DNA of 64,000 nucleotides, from assembly GCA_963842865.1 (NCBI GenBank), contig CAWJIN010000007.1, forward strand, positions 15,855-79,854, in the 5' to 3' direction. The notes below the pieces were generated by a model. It saw only the letters and a program-made list of their open reading frames with translations, ran no database searches and was not told where the DNA came from. Of the stretch, positions 31,117-40,740 are shown in pieces. Each line of letters opens with the position of its first letter. The first letter of the stretch is position 1. This stretch comes from Candidatus Bathyarchaeota archaeon (GTDB lineage Archaea > Thermoproteota > Bathyarchaeia > Bathyarchaeales > Bathycorpusculaceae). The translations under genes were made by a program, and so were the position numbers.

Positions 31117-32103
31117 TCACATCCCGACTAAACGTTTCAATCTGTCTTTAACACCGTCTAGGTTTGATGCCATTGTTCTATCGATTTTTGACGCTCTCAG
31201 GGTTAATCCTTCGAGGTCTTTGATTTGATCCTCAACCACCAATTGGAAGTAGCTTACTCTGCTTCTGACTCGCATAAACATGTATCCCAAGATTACTGCA
31301 ATAACGGCGAAAACAACTATTAACGGGATGAAAAGTATCTGCATTGTTGCTGAAGCTGGCGGGTTAGCAACGTTTAAGCCATTTAACATGGCGGCTGCAT
31401 TGTCAGTTAATCCTTGATTTGCTACAGCTTGAGATTGAGTTATTACGTTTGAGAAGACTTCAACGTATCCTGGGTCAACTCCTGAACTGCGAAGGCTTGA
31501 CAATTGACTCTGCTTCTCATGGAGTAAGGTGTTATAGTTGTTAAGCGAGGAGTCTGTTATGTTAAGAGTAATCGCGTCTAATGTGGTACCGCTCGGATCT
31601 GTCAGTGAAATTAGAGTAAGTGGAATTGGTATGTGCAATGTTATCCCGTCAGCGGTCTGTGCAACTTGCCCTACTGCCTCCCCATAACATGAAATTGTTA
31701 AGGTTCCTGCGGTTTGGGTAAATGAGAAACTTGGTGAGTTAGGATCGAAATTTCCAAGATTATAACCACCAGTCACATCATATTGCCAGTAATGATCTAG
31801 ATTCGCTGCATGCGCCATTGCAGTGCTAAGAGTTAAGCTTGATGACGGATTGCTTGTTGCAACATTAATAGTGACTGCCACTTCCAGCTCTTCTAGGTCG
31901 CTTATTACACCTGGACCACTAGTTGAGCCTGTTGTGACATCCTTGCTGAGTATTAAATTGCCTGTCGTTGCGTCCGTAATTGTATATTTTGTGATCCATT
32001 GTCCTGCACCGACTTGTGCCTTAACAGGCACCATTGAAGCAGCACAAATGGTGGTAAACGCTAACAAAATAATTATACTGAGGGTCAGTATTTTGTTTTT
32101 CAT
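31117..32103 (-). CDS. Secreted single-pass membrane protein with short cytoplasmic coiled coil
   Basis: Signal peptide MKNKILTL..VKA, T/S/G-rich beta region, TM ILFIPLIVVFAVIAVILGYMF, helical tail; ends 6 bp before the tubulin-like gene. Confidence 0.8.
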   Translation of the reverse strand: MKNKILTLSIIILLAFTTICAASMVPVKAQVGAGQWITKYTITDATTGNLILSKDVTTGSTSGPGVISDLEELEVAVTINVATSNPSSSLTLSTAMAHAANLDHYWQYDVTGGYNLGNFDPNSPSFSFTQTAGTLTISCYGEAVGQVAQTADGITLHIPIPLTLISLTDPSGTTLDAITLNITDSSLNNYNTLLHEKQSQLSSLRSSGVDPGYVEVFSNVITQSQAVANQGLTDNAAAMLNGLNVANPPASATMQILFIPLIVVFAVIAVILGYMFMRVRSRVSYFQLVVEDQIKDLEGLTLRASKIDRTMASNLDGVKDRLKRLVGM

Positions 32104-32315
32104 TCTTATTGCTCTCCCTGCCGATTTTTTAAGTGTACGATGCATATAACGTTTGTGCTATTTGAGCTAAGTTTAAACTAGAAAAGGTTCTCACAGCCGA
32201 AAAGCAGAACCAAATTAAGCATCACTTCGTCTATTAAGCCGCAGAGCAGTTAGTAAACGATAAAAGAGTTAAAAAGAATTTTAGCTGTGTTAATTAGTAG
32301 CAAGGATATGAAATC

Positions 32316-33245
32316 ATGGAAATTATAAACGTTCGCTTACCAGACAAAGTGGTTTATGACATCGATAAACTCGCTAAAAGGCACGGGCTAAGCAGATCAG
32401 AAGTAATGCGCCAAGCATTAATCATCTATTTGCACCTTGTAGAAAACGTTGGCACATTGCTGAGACCCATGGCGTTCAATGTCGAACCAGCCCAAATCAC
32501 TTATACTCGCAGAGGCGATGTTTCAATCCTGAAAGTTCCCACAGGTCACGCTATTGTGGCAGGGTCCACCTCGTCCGGAGCGGTTGGTCCAAAAATAATG
32601 GATAAAGTAAAAGTTGACGGGCGGGTGCTGGGAAAGTTTCTGGCAAGGGTTGCCTTAATGGATGTGATAGCGACAGGCGCGTTTCCCCTCCTCTTATCAG
32701 TCACGTTAGGCGTGGAGAAGGAACCAACAGGCAACGAGATATTGGAAGGCATTCGACGAGAAGCCAGAACCCTAGGTCTTGACCCAAACCAAGTAATCAT
32801 GGAAAACACGGAAGATAACTTTGAAACAGTGCAAACTGGCGCTGGCTTAACGGTAGTTGGCTTTGCAAACGAAGATGAGTTAAGGCTTGGAAAAACAAGC
32901 CCTGGCGACTTAATAGTTGCTATTGGCAAGCCTAAGGTTGGCGAAGAGGTGATTTTGGCAGAAGCGAAAGGAGAAATTGCTGACCTCAAAAATGTAACTC
33001 AACTTTCTCAGAAAAAATATGTTCATGACATCGTAGCTGTAGGCACTTTCGGCATTGCGGATGAGGCTAAAATGATGGCGTATGGTGTCGGTAGGCAATT
33101 GAAGCTTGCTGAAGTGAAAGGACTAGATTTAAACAAGTCTGCCGGTCCAGCCACGGTAGTCCTCGTAACTGTAGCCAAAGAGAACCTTGAGGACTTAACG
33201 TCATCAATCAGTAAACCGATCAATGTTATAGGAGAAATATTATAG
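32316..33245 (+). CDS. RHH (CopG/NikR-type) domain fused to a PurM/AIR-synthase-like domain (alpha-ribazole kinase CblS-like)
   Basis: IINVRLP...LSRSEVMRQAL; GAVGPK..D.VKV....GKFLARVALMD, TEDNF.T.QTG.G.TVVG, KSAGPAT. Confidence 0.75.
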   Translation: MEIINVRLPDKVVYDIDKLAKRHGLSRSEVMRQALIIYLHLVENVGTLLRPMAFNVEPAQITYTRRGDVSILKVPTGHAIVAGSTSSGAVGPKIMDKVKVDGRVLGKFLARVALMDVIATGAFPLLLSVTLGVEKEPTGNEILEGIRREARTLGLDPNQVIMENTEDNFETVQTGAGLTVVGFANEDELRLGKTSPGDLIVAIGKPKVGEEVILAEAKGEIADLKNVTQLSQKKYVHDIVAVGTFGIADEAKMMAYGVGRQLKLAEVKGLDLNKSAGPATVVLVTVAKENLEDLTSSISKPINVIGEIL

Positions 33246-33256
33246 CAAATAAGTAA

Positions 33257-33742
33257 TTACTGTTTTTGTGCGCTCCTGAGCAAGTGACCGTTTCGGTCGA
33301 TTTCTCCACTTCTAATCCTTGTGGTGGAGATTGGGCTGCAGTTTTCCGCTGGAACCATGCTAATAGTAATAATGTTTAATGGTGGAAGCCCTGCTTCAAT
33401 GCGGATTTTGTTTATTTTATCAGCTGTTGATTCTGTTTCTTTACTAACAACCAAAGCGTCTAAGCCATTGCCAGATACAGTGAGACCATAAGGGTCATTT
33501 AGTGGAACAATCTCCGCTCTTTTAGCTAAGCCATTTTTATGTAAGAAAGCTTCTAATTCCTTTAGCCTCTCAGGGTAAGGTGCAGTTATGTGCGGTTTAC
33601 CCATTTTTGAGACAAATTCGTCGGAGGATAAGCCGATTACAACTTTTTCGCCAATTTCAAACGCTTTACTTAACAGGGCTTTGTGTCCTCTATGAAATTT
33701 ATCAAATGTCCCGCCAACTGCTACTTTCTCATATTTTTTCAT
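33257..33742 (-). CDS. coaD: Phosphopantetheine adenylyltransferase (archaeal type)
   Basis: VAVGGTFDKFHRGH, LVVSKET, ISTTRIR. Confidence 0.93.
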   Translation of the reverse strand: MKKYEKVAVGGTFDKFHRGHKALLSKAFEIGEKVVIGLSSDEFVSKMGKPHITAPYPERLKELEAFLHKNGLAKRAEIVPLNDPYGLTVSGNGLDALVVSKETESTADKINKIRIEAGLPPLNIITISMVPAENCSPISTTRIRSGEIDRNGHLLRSAQKQ

Positions 33743-34673
33743 GCCCTACCAGCCTGGCGCCTTGAAAATCAATTTTGCTCACTATTACTTTTTCAGAGGG
33801 CAAAACCTGCTTAAAAGCTTCTGCCACCTGATCAGCATTTTCTTTAAGCACCAACGCGTGCACTGCTTCGCCAATCATGTTTTGCGCTGCACCGACTGCA
33901 CCAGCCTTCTTTGCCAATTTGACTAGTTGTCGAACGTTCTCTGTTGCTAAGCCTGTTTTTTCAGAAAACTTCCAGCAGCAATCTAGAAAATTCTCTAAGC
34001 TGGGCTCAGCAAGAATTGCCTCTAAGGTTTTCTTGCCGTAGCGGTTAATCACCTGCTTTTTTTCAGGGTCTGTGAGTACTGTTTTTTTGGAGATGTTTGA
34101 TTCGAAAAATCCTGCTACAACCATGTAATCTGAGGTTATTGGTATACGGTCGATTTGGCAAATACCCGGCGCTCCTGGTTCCACAACTAGTACGCAACCG
34201 CCAGTGGACGTTAAGGAGCTTACTGTACCTAAGCCTGTTTGGCATTCGATCTCCGCAACATGCGCGATTTTGCCTATTTGGTTGTAGGTTAGCGGCAAAT
34301 CTAGTGCTTCTTTAAGCGCTAACCCTGCTGTTAATGCTCCGCCTGCGCTTGTTCCAAACCCTGTTCCGATAGGAACCTCAATTTGATGTTCAACTGTAAC
34401 ATCGTATTTTGCGTTTTTTCCGCTCAGAAGAATTTCGATTACTTTCCTTGTTGTTTTTGCTTCTAAGGCGGGCTTGGAGTTGATGAAAACGTTGATGCTG
34501 CCGCTTTTTTCTGCTTCTCTGATGGTTACTTTGGTCAGGACGCCTTTTTGAAGGCCAAATCCTCCGCCTCTGGCGCCCACTTTTTCCAAATCAATAATCG
34601 GCTTATTGCCTTCGGTGTCGTGGATTTCAAAGAAGCTGGATATTGCCGCTGGAGCAAAGGCTTTTGCGGTCAT
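33729..34673 (-). CDS. pok: Pantoate kinase (GHMP family)
   Basis: AFAPAAISSFF, VGARGGG, PIGTGFGTSAG, AHVAEI..TGLG, QNMIGE; adjacent to coaD. Confidence 0.88.
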   Translation of the reverse strand: MTAKAFAPAAISSFFEIHDTEGNKPIIDLEKVGARGGGFGLQKGVLTKVTIREAEKSGSINVFINSKPALEAKTTRKVIEILLSGKNAKYDVTVEHQIEVPIGTGFGTSAGGALTAGLALKEALDLPLTYNQIGKIAHVAEIECQTGLGTVSSLTSTGGCVLVVEPGAPGICQIDRIPITSDYMVVAGFFESNISKKTVLTDPEKKQVINRYGKKTLEAILAEPSLENFLDCCWKFSEKTGLATENVRQLVKLAKKAGAVGAAQNMIGEAVHALVLKENADQVAEAFKQVLPSEKVIVSKIDFQGARLVGHEKI

Positions 34674-34683
34674 AATTTCGCGG

Positions 34684-35445
34684 TCAAGCAACATTTTCGA
34701 CCCTTTTTTGGCTTTTCATCTGTCTTTGGCTGAGGTTGGGAAAAGCCCTGTAGCACGCGTTGATTACTGGCGGTCCAACAAGCAGTATAAATGGTATTTC
34801 AGTTGCGAAAGTCCAGACAAAGAGCGGAAGAACCCAAATAATAGGAAAAGGCTTTCCGAAGTACGACAGAAAAAGTGGACTGACCGCCCATACAGTAACC
34901 GAAAGCAAGCCAGCTCCTGCAGCTTGTGCTACAACAGCCCCTATTGCGAAACTTCTCCATTGTTTCCAACGCACAGAGACTACAGCAATGGCCACCAAAC
35001 TTAGTACTACGGTAAACGAAAAAACGAGGGCTAATTCCAAGTTTGACAATCCAGTGTATGATTCAACCTGAGGTAGAAAAATCGCTGTGGGGACAATTAA
35101 TGCTACACCTGCCGCCATCAAGACTATCACTGTCTTTTTCAGGTCAATATTTCTGTGGGCTAAGTAGCCGATTAGAAAGAAGAGTATGAAGTTTGGTGGA
35201 ACACCAGCGGATAAGCTTAAAGCTGGAATCCCATGGGCAAGCATGTCTCTTATGAAAATGCCGATTGCGCCCCCGAACCCCCCAACCCACGGTCCGAATA
35301 ATACAGCAAAGACGGCTGGTATAACAACAGCGGGTAAAAATGCAACACCGAGAAATGTCACTCCAGCTGTTAGGTATCCAACTGCAGCGTAAAGCGCTGC
35401 ACATATTCCAATGACTGCAACATCAAAGGCTCTAAATTTAGGCAT
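34684..35445 (-). CDS. ECF transporter S component
   Basis: AALYAA...PAVVIPAVFAVLFGPWVGGFGGAIG pattern; multiple TM helices. Confidence 0.8.
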   Translation of the reverse strand: MPKFRAFDVAVIGICAALYAAVGYLTAGVTFLGVAFLPAVVIPAVFAVLFGPWVGGFGGAIGIFIRDMLAHGIPALSLSAGVPPNFILFFLIGYLAHRNIDLKKTVIVLMAAGVALIVPTAIFLPQVESYTGLSNLELALVFSFTVVLSLVAIAVVSVRWKQWRSFAIGAVVAQAAGAGLLSVTVWAVSPLFLSYFGKPFPIIWVLPLFVWTFATEIPFILLVGPPVINACYRAFPNLSQRQMKSQKRVENVA

Positions 35446-35676
35446 GAATTTTGCTCCATTTTTCAGGTTATAAACCTGTTGAAATATAGGCTTTATAGAT
35501 AAAACTTCCCTATGAACTGTTTAAACATGTTTATACACGGTCAACTATCTTCTGCTCAGCATCATTCAAATTAGCATCGACTCGCATAAAAGGCTCTTAA
35601 TGGAAAAACGGTTTGAATCACCTAAGCAAGGATGGATAGAATTGTTACAAAAAACTGAAATTAAACTTTAGTTAAT

Positions 35677-36021
35677 CTACTTCTTATGCCTTTTTATTCT
35701 TTCTTGCCGTTGCGTTTTCTTGCGCCAGTCTTTCTTTCGCTGTGTCTGCATGGAGAACCTTTCTTGGCGGGGGATGTCTAGTTTTCTGTAGCGGGAAATG
35801 TTCAGATAAAATGTTTCGTAGTCTATTTTGTTTGCTTTTAAATCTTCAAGGTTCTGGTTCAGATCCTTTTTCGCCTGCGCATCAGTTACCGCGTCAAACG
35901 TGTCTGAGTAAACAAGGTAGGCTGCATGGAACTGGAAGTGCGCGGGATCATCGACTAAAAGTTTCTCCATTTGGGGTGCTGATTGGGGATTGTTGTTTTG
36001 CTCATTTGGGGGTTGGCTCAT
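35677..36021 (-). CDS. Hypothetical protein with basic C-terminal tail
   Basis: 114-aa ORF. Confidence 0.65.
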   Translation of the reverse strand: MSQPPNEQNNNPQSAPQMEKLLVDDPAHFQFHAAYLVYSDTFDAVTDAQAKKDLNQNLEDLKANKIDYETFYLNISRYRKLDIPRQERFSMQTQRKKDWRKKTQRQERIKRHKK

Positions 36022-36235
36022 GTTTATCCAGCTTTTGAATAAAGCAATGTTGTTTTTCCCTCTTTTATAGGTGTGCCCGTAAAAACAGTTTTAGTTAATG
36101 CTTGGTTGGTAAGCTTGAGCTTCTGAATTTAGAAGTAGAGCCAAAAGGCGGGTAGGGACTCAATTTTGTTTGATGATTCTTCCAGCTAAATTGGAGTCAG
36201 AGGGTAGGAGGCACTTTTTAGCTAGTGGAAATGGT

Positions 36236-36649
36236 CTAAAAATGAGGTAAATGTTGTCTTATTCTTTCAGCGTCCTTACCCAGCAATTCAGGGGCGCGGA
36301 AGCCATGTTCGTGAAGAAACTGACTTGAGGGTTTCATGGGAATAACATGGACATGCAGGTGGAAAACGACTTGTCCAGCGTCTTCCCCATTGTTCTGCAT
36401 AATCCTGATGCCTTCAATGCCTGTCGCATCTTTAACGGCGTGTGCTATCTTTTTGACTGTCTTGAACAGGTAGGCTGCTTCTTCTTCTGGAATCTCGTAA
36501 ATGTTCGCGTAATGCTTTTTTGGAGCCACAAGCGTATGCCCCATGTTCACTGGGTGGTTACTTAAAAAAGCAACGACTTGCGCGTCCTCGTAAACTATGC
36601 TTGCAGGCGATTCTTTGCGGATTATCTTGCAGAATATGCATTCAGACAT
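36236..36649 (-). CDS. HIT family hydrolase
   Basis: CIFCKI, GHTL, QVVFHLHVHVIP. Confidence 0.95.
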   Translation of the reverse strand: MSECIFCKIIRKESPASIVYEDAQVVAFLSNHPVNMGHTLVAPKKHYANIYEIPEEEAAYLFKTVKKIAHAVKDATGIEGIRIMQNNGEDAGQVVFHLHVHVIPMKPSSQFLHEHGFRAPELLGKDAERIRQHLPHF

Positions 36650-36719
36650 AAGATTCATACCTTTCAGCGGTTTAAAGGTAGGATTAGCTTTAATAGAATT
36701 TCCATCATCAATATACTTT

Positions 36720-37757
36720 ATGGAGACTTTAGTTGACGACATAGGCAGTTTCCCGTTGCCATTCGGAGTTGGAAAAGAAGGCTTTAGCAGGGCGTATCAG
36801 CTTGCAAGAGAAGCAATTTTCCAAGGCAAGGATATAACGAAGGATACTTTTTTACAAAGCAATTTCTGCAATATAGTGCTTGATTCATTTAGAAAAAAAG
36901 TTGCTGCCGGCTTAGATGTTGTAAACTTTCCTCAACAGTACGATGGCATAAAGCAAGTCGGCGATGTAATCCATCTGGCAATGGCGAATGGCTCCTTTGT
37001 TGTCGACCAAGACAAAGCAGTTTTGCCCGAAGTACACTTAATCAATCAACAAGCCAAAGTCCTCAGCGAAGAATTCGGCAAAAAAATCCAGTTGCGCGTT
37101 TCAGTTTTTGGTCCTATGGAGCAGTATTTGCATGAGGTTGGAAAAACAGCCTATGCTGATGTGCTGGACGGTTTTGCGGAGACCATTAGGCGTTTTGCAA
37201 AAAACTCCATCTTAAACAATAAGTACATCGAGACGAAAGTTGTTTCGATTGATGAGCCAAGCTTCGGCTTCAACAACATCCAAGCTACACCTGACTTGAT
37301 TTGCGAGGTGCTTGAGAAAGCATTTGATTTCCAAGGAGCCACAAGGCAGATTCACTTGCATTCAGCTTCAGGAGTGCATGATTTGCTCTGCGTCAAGAAC
37401 CTTGACGTGTTATCGTTTGAGTATGCTGCTTCGCCGAGCAACATTGAATCAGTTCCTAAAAGTTTGCTGGAGAAGGCGGATAAGCAAATCAGAGTAGGCG
37501 TTTCCAGAACAGACATTGACAGCATTTTAGCTGAACTCTATGAGAAAGGCATCGCTAAACCTTCAGCTGAACAATTGATTGAGCCAGAAGAAACAATAAA
37601 GAAAAGATACAAAGTTGCCAAAGAAAAATACGGCGACCGAATGACGTTTACGGGTCCAGACTGCGGGTTAGGCGGCTGGCCTAGCCAAGAAGCGGCTCAA
37701 CTTTTGCTGGAGCACACGGTGAAAGCAGTAAAAGCAGCTTCGAGCGGACTAGCATAA
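36720..37757 (+). CDS. Core (single-domain) cobalamin-independent methionine synthase family protein
   Basis: DDIGSFP, IDEPS, IHLH, SFE, GPDCGL Zn-ligand pattern. Confidence 0.8.
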   Translation: METLVDDIGSFPLPFGVGKEGFSRAYQLAREAIFQGKDITKDTFLQSNFCNIVLDSFRKKVAAGLDVVNFPQQYDGIKQVGDVIHLAMANGSFVVDQDKAVLPEVHLINQQAKVLSEEFGKKIQLRVSVFGPMEQYLHEVGKTAYADVLDGFAETIRRFAKNSILNNKYIETKVVSIDEPSFGFNNIQATPDLICEVLEKAFDFQGATRQIHLHSASGVHDLLCVKNLDVLSFEYAASPSNIESVPKSLLEKADKQIRVGVSRTDIDSILAELYEKGIAKPSAEQLIEPEETIKKRYKVAKEKYGDRMTFTGPDCGLGGWPSQEAAQLLLEHTVKAVKAASSGLA

Positions 37758-37872
37758 CTGCTTTCTTTCTTCCCGATTAAAAAGCTAAAAACTCATATTT
37801 TTCAGTTACAAATTCAATAAATTTTAACATAGTTGGCATACGACAAAAGGAAAAGAAAGAAAAAAGATTTGC

Positions 37873-38754
37873 TTACTCTGGTTGTTCAGATGACTGTTGT
37901 GGCGGTGGTTGTGGTGGCGGTTCCATTCTTGCCATTGGTTGCCTCTTTGCCGCCTGTACTTGTTGTGCCGTAGTTAGGTCTTTGAAGCCGTAGGTTCCAA
38001 CTGGAGGCCAGCCTGCTTCCGGCATCACCGCGGGTATTAACATGATTGTGTTTGTTTGTGATTGCTGGCCTAACTCGTAGAGGATGTTCATCCATCTGAG
38101 TCTTAGTCCTTCTGGGCTTGCCTCGTACATTTTTGCTGCTTCAATCATTTTTGCTGACGCTTCGAACTCAGCTGTGGCTAAAGTTACTCTTGCCATGCGT
38201 TCTCGTTCAGCCTGTGCTTGGCGGCTCATGGCGTCTTGCAGGTTACTTGGTATTATGACATCTCGGACTTCGACGGAGGTGACTTTGATTCCCCATGCCT
38301 CAGTTTTTTCGTCGATGATTTCTCGCAGTTTAGCTCCGACTTTTTCACGTTCAGCCAGTAACTCGTTGAGGCTTTGTTTACCGATAACTTCCCGCAAAGT
38401 TGTTTGTGACGCCAATTGAGTAGCTTGATAGTAATTTTCAACATTCAACACCGCTTTCTCCAAATCTACAGGTTTCATGTATAGTACTGAATCAACGTTT
38501 ACTGGAACGTTGTCTTTGGTTAAAGTTGACTCAGTGCGGAATTGTATAGTGTCTAGTCTTGTTGAGATTTTTAGGGGCGCCCTGTCAATTAAAGGAATAA
38601 GATAGATTATTCCAGGACCCTTCATGCCTATATACCGCCCTAAGCGTAGTACAGGCATTCTTTCCCATTCTCTTAGCACTCTAATGCCGCTTAACAAGAA
38701 AATTATAACTACAAAACCTATGAACCCAACAACTCCTTCTACAACTGCCGACAT
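37873..38754 (-). CDS. SPFH/stomatin (band 7) protein
   Basis: REWER..VLRLG, TKDNVPVNVD, QTTLR, WGIKVTSVEVRD, QAQAERER. Confidence 0.95.
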   Translation of the reverse strand: MSAVVEGVVGFIGFVVIIFLLSGIRVLREWERMPVLRLGRYIGMKGPGIIYLIPLIDRAPLKISTRLDTIQFRTESTLTKDNVPVNVDSVLYMKPVDLEKAVLNVENYYQATQLASQTTLREVIGKQSLNELLAEREKVGAKLREIIDEKTEAWGIKVTSVEVRDVIIPSNLQDAMSRQAQAERERMARVTLATAEFEASAKMIEAAKMYEASPEGLRLRWMNILYELGQQSQTNTIMLIPAVMPEAGWPPVGTYGFKDLTTAQQVQAAKRQPMARMEPPPQPPPQQSSEQPE

Positions 38755-38794
38755 TTAATTCACACCTTCAATAAGTATTCTGCACTCTGGAGAG

Positions 38795-39178
38795 TTAAGC
38801 TTTTTGCTCGGCTGGTTTAACTACAAGATACACGCCGTCCATGCTTACAACTTCCACCGCTTGTCCAGCATTTATTGCCGTATCTTTGGCGGTGGCTTCC
38901 CAAAACTCGCCCATAACGCGGATTTCACCTTTAGGTTTAAGGTCACTTGTTGCTATGCCTCTGGCACCGATTAAGGCTTCTTTGCCTGTTTTCACCCGCC
39001 TAAACTGAGCCTTGACCCCCGCATAAAATATCAACCCTAAAATCAATGCTACGGCAAATAGAGTTGCTGCAAGAGGAACAGCTACCCCATAAACCGTTAT
39101 TCCTGACAATGCTGCAAACAAGAGAAATACTCCAATGGCTACTAAAACCCCAATGAGGAAAGCTAGCGCAGCGTTCAT
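38795..39178 (-). CDS. NfeD-like stomatin partner
   Basis: TM helices plus OB fold TGKEALIG...GEIRVMGEFWEA. Confidence 0.88.
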   Translation of the reverse strand: MNAALAFLIGVLVAIGVFLLFAALSGITVYGVAVPLAATLFAVALILGLIFYAGVKAQFRRVKTGKEALIGARGIATSDLKPKGEIRVMGEFWEATAKDTAINAGQAVEVVSMDGVYLVVKPAEQKA

Positions 39179-39379
39179 TTAAACCACTTTAATATTGGAT
39201 AGGCAGAATCTGCTTATAAGGTAATTTACATGGCATCTATAATGCTGCAAGATAGAGGAGGGGTAGGTGTCATATTGGTGTTTTTAGTAGCAAGTAGAAT
39301 GAAATTTTTAATTACTGAAAAGTGCTCAAAAGCTAAAATTATTCGAAAAAACTCCTACACCAAATAGTGAACGAAATCG

Positions 39380-39730
39380 AATTGCACACACTTTAGGCAG
39401 AATTAAATGATTGTTTGTACTTATAGCGGGCTGAGACTGATTGTTTTATTGATTTGTGCTTGTACTGAGCGTTTGCTGAGGCTCTGGAACTTATGTGAAG
39501 TGGCTAAAAGCATGGGAAAGTGTGCAATAATGGTGTGCAATAAGCATGGGAAAGTGTGCAATAAGGTTTTAACTCTAATTCTATGGTGTTACGCATGGTG
39601 TTAGAAAGCATGGAGTGATGGTGTTAATTGCACACTTTTTCTAACATTTTCTAACACCATCAAAAATTGACTAAAAAGGGAGATTTGAGGTGCATTTTCG
39701 GAGAACGCTTAAAACTTCATGGTGTTAGGG
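39380..39730. repeat. Iteron-like repeat cluster at the left end of the integrated element
   Basis: 23-bp direct repeat (39508-39530, 39542-39564); GTGTGCAAT x3 plus two inverted copies; ATGGTGTTA x4; 13-bp inverted repeat 39595-39607/39648-39660. Confidence 0.85.
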
Positions 39731-40189
39731 TCTAACGGCGGCTAAATTGGGGTTTATTTTTACGGATTTATTGATGATTTTCCATTGAAAAAGGGTAGAA
39801 AATAGGTTAGTGACCGTAAGGTTACTTAGTTTAAAATTTACACCGAGTTTATAATTTACACTTATTCACCTTTTAGGCGTTCACTAACTTGTTTTCCAGT
39901 CGTGCGGTAAAATTTAGAAAACAACCTCTTACTAAGGTGAATGGTAGGAGTCTTTCTTTCTTTTCTCAAAAACACTTTTTACTCACTTGTCTTTGAATTT
40001 GCTTAAGTGTAGAACGATAAATAGTTAACTACATTAATAGATAACTTTATAGGAAAGTAATGACACTTAAGTTTTTGAAGGTTTCAAATTTGAGTGAGCG
40101 ACGCCCAGCGGGTTTCCGTCTCCCAAAAAGACGGGGAATGTGAAGAGTGAATTTCCTCTTCCCATTCTTCCTAAAAAGAGGCAACCAAA

Positions 40190-40351
40190 ACGGGTACATT
40201 AAATCTTGTAATCTCAGATGATTTAGAACGCAAATTCAGAGAAGCTATTTATAGAAAATACGGTATGCGAAAAGGCAATATTACAAAAGCCGTTGAAGAC
40301 GCCGTTACAGATTGGATTAACAAGCAAAATCTGCAAGGCATAGAAAAATGA
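40190..40351 (+). CDS. 53-aa RHH protein with ACG start (not in ORF track)
   Basis: (M)GTLNLVISDDLERKFREAIYRKYGMRKGNITKAVEDAVTDWI aligns to the RHH at 5193; AAGAGG SD upstream. Confidence 0.65.
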   Translation, partial: TGTLNLVISDDLERKFREAIYRKYGMRKGNITKAVEDAVTDWINKQNLQGIEK

Positions 40352-40497
40352 ACAAACCCTTTAATCAGGTGAATTTGGGAACTGTTTTGGAGATGTTAAC
40401 TCTTGCGGAAGAAAGGAAAGTTGTTAAGGTCAAGAAGCGCGGGGTTAAAGATGAAGACTTTATCGATGTCGTTCTTGCGGTAGGGGTCGAATTGTAG
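40348..40497 (+). CDS. 49-aa hypothetical protein
   Basis: ATGA overlap with the RHH stop; MNKPFNQVNLGTVLEML... Confidence 0.5.
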   Translation: MNKPFNQVNLGTVLEMLTLAEERKVVKVKKRGVKDEDFIDVVLAVGVEL

Positions 40498-40521
40498 CTT
40501 TTTTCTTTTGAAGGCGCATTA

Positions 40522-40740
40522 ATGAAGCAAGTTATTGTTTGGCTGAATAAAAAAGATTTTAAGCACTTTGAGGCTGAAGCTCAAAGAAGGGAGATGTCAA
40601 ACTATAGCCTCGCAAAGCACCTAATTCTTTTCGGCATGGCTGACGATAAAGCGGCCGAACTATTGAACCAATTAGAAGCCCAGCGACAAGGACTTGAGAA
40701 AAAACAACGTCTTCAAAAAGCCCTAAGTTTGGCATGGTAA
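40522..40740 (+). CDS. RHH-like small protein with coiled-coil tail
   Basis: MKQVIVWL...EAEAQRREMSNYSLAKHLI beta-alpha-alpha pattern. Confidence 0.6.
   Translation: MKQVIVWLNKKDFKHFEAEAQRREMSNYSLAKHLILFGMADDKAAELLNQLEAQRQGLEKKQRLQKALSLAW

Noticed and set aside
37873-39178. Stomatin/NfeD pair as part of the tubulin membrane system
   Set aside because: A widespread, well-known pair separated from the tubulin locus by unrelated metabolic genes
39407-39604. 65-aa ORF with repeated GKCAI/VCNKH-like words
   Set aside because: By-product of the non-coding repeat cluster; no SD and no coding-like composition
39500-39660. Possible CRISPR mini-array
   Set aside because: The spacer between the 23-bp repeats is only 11 bp and is itself made of the repeat motif; no cas genes in the window
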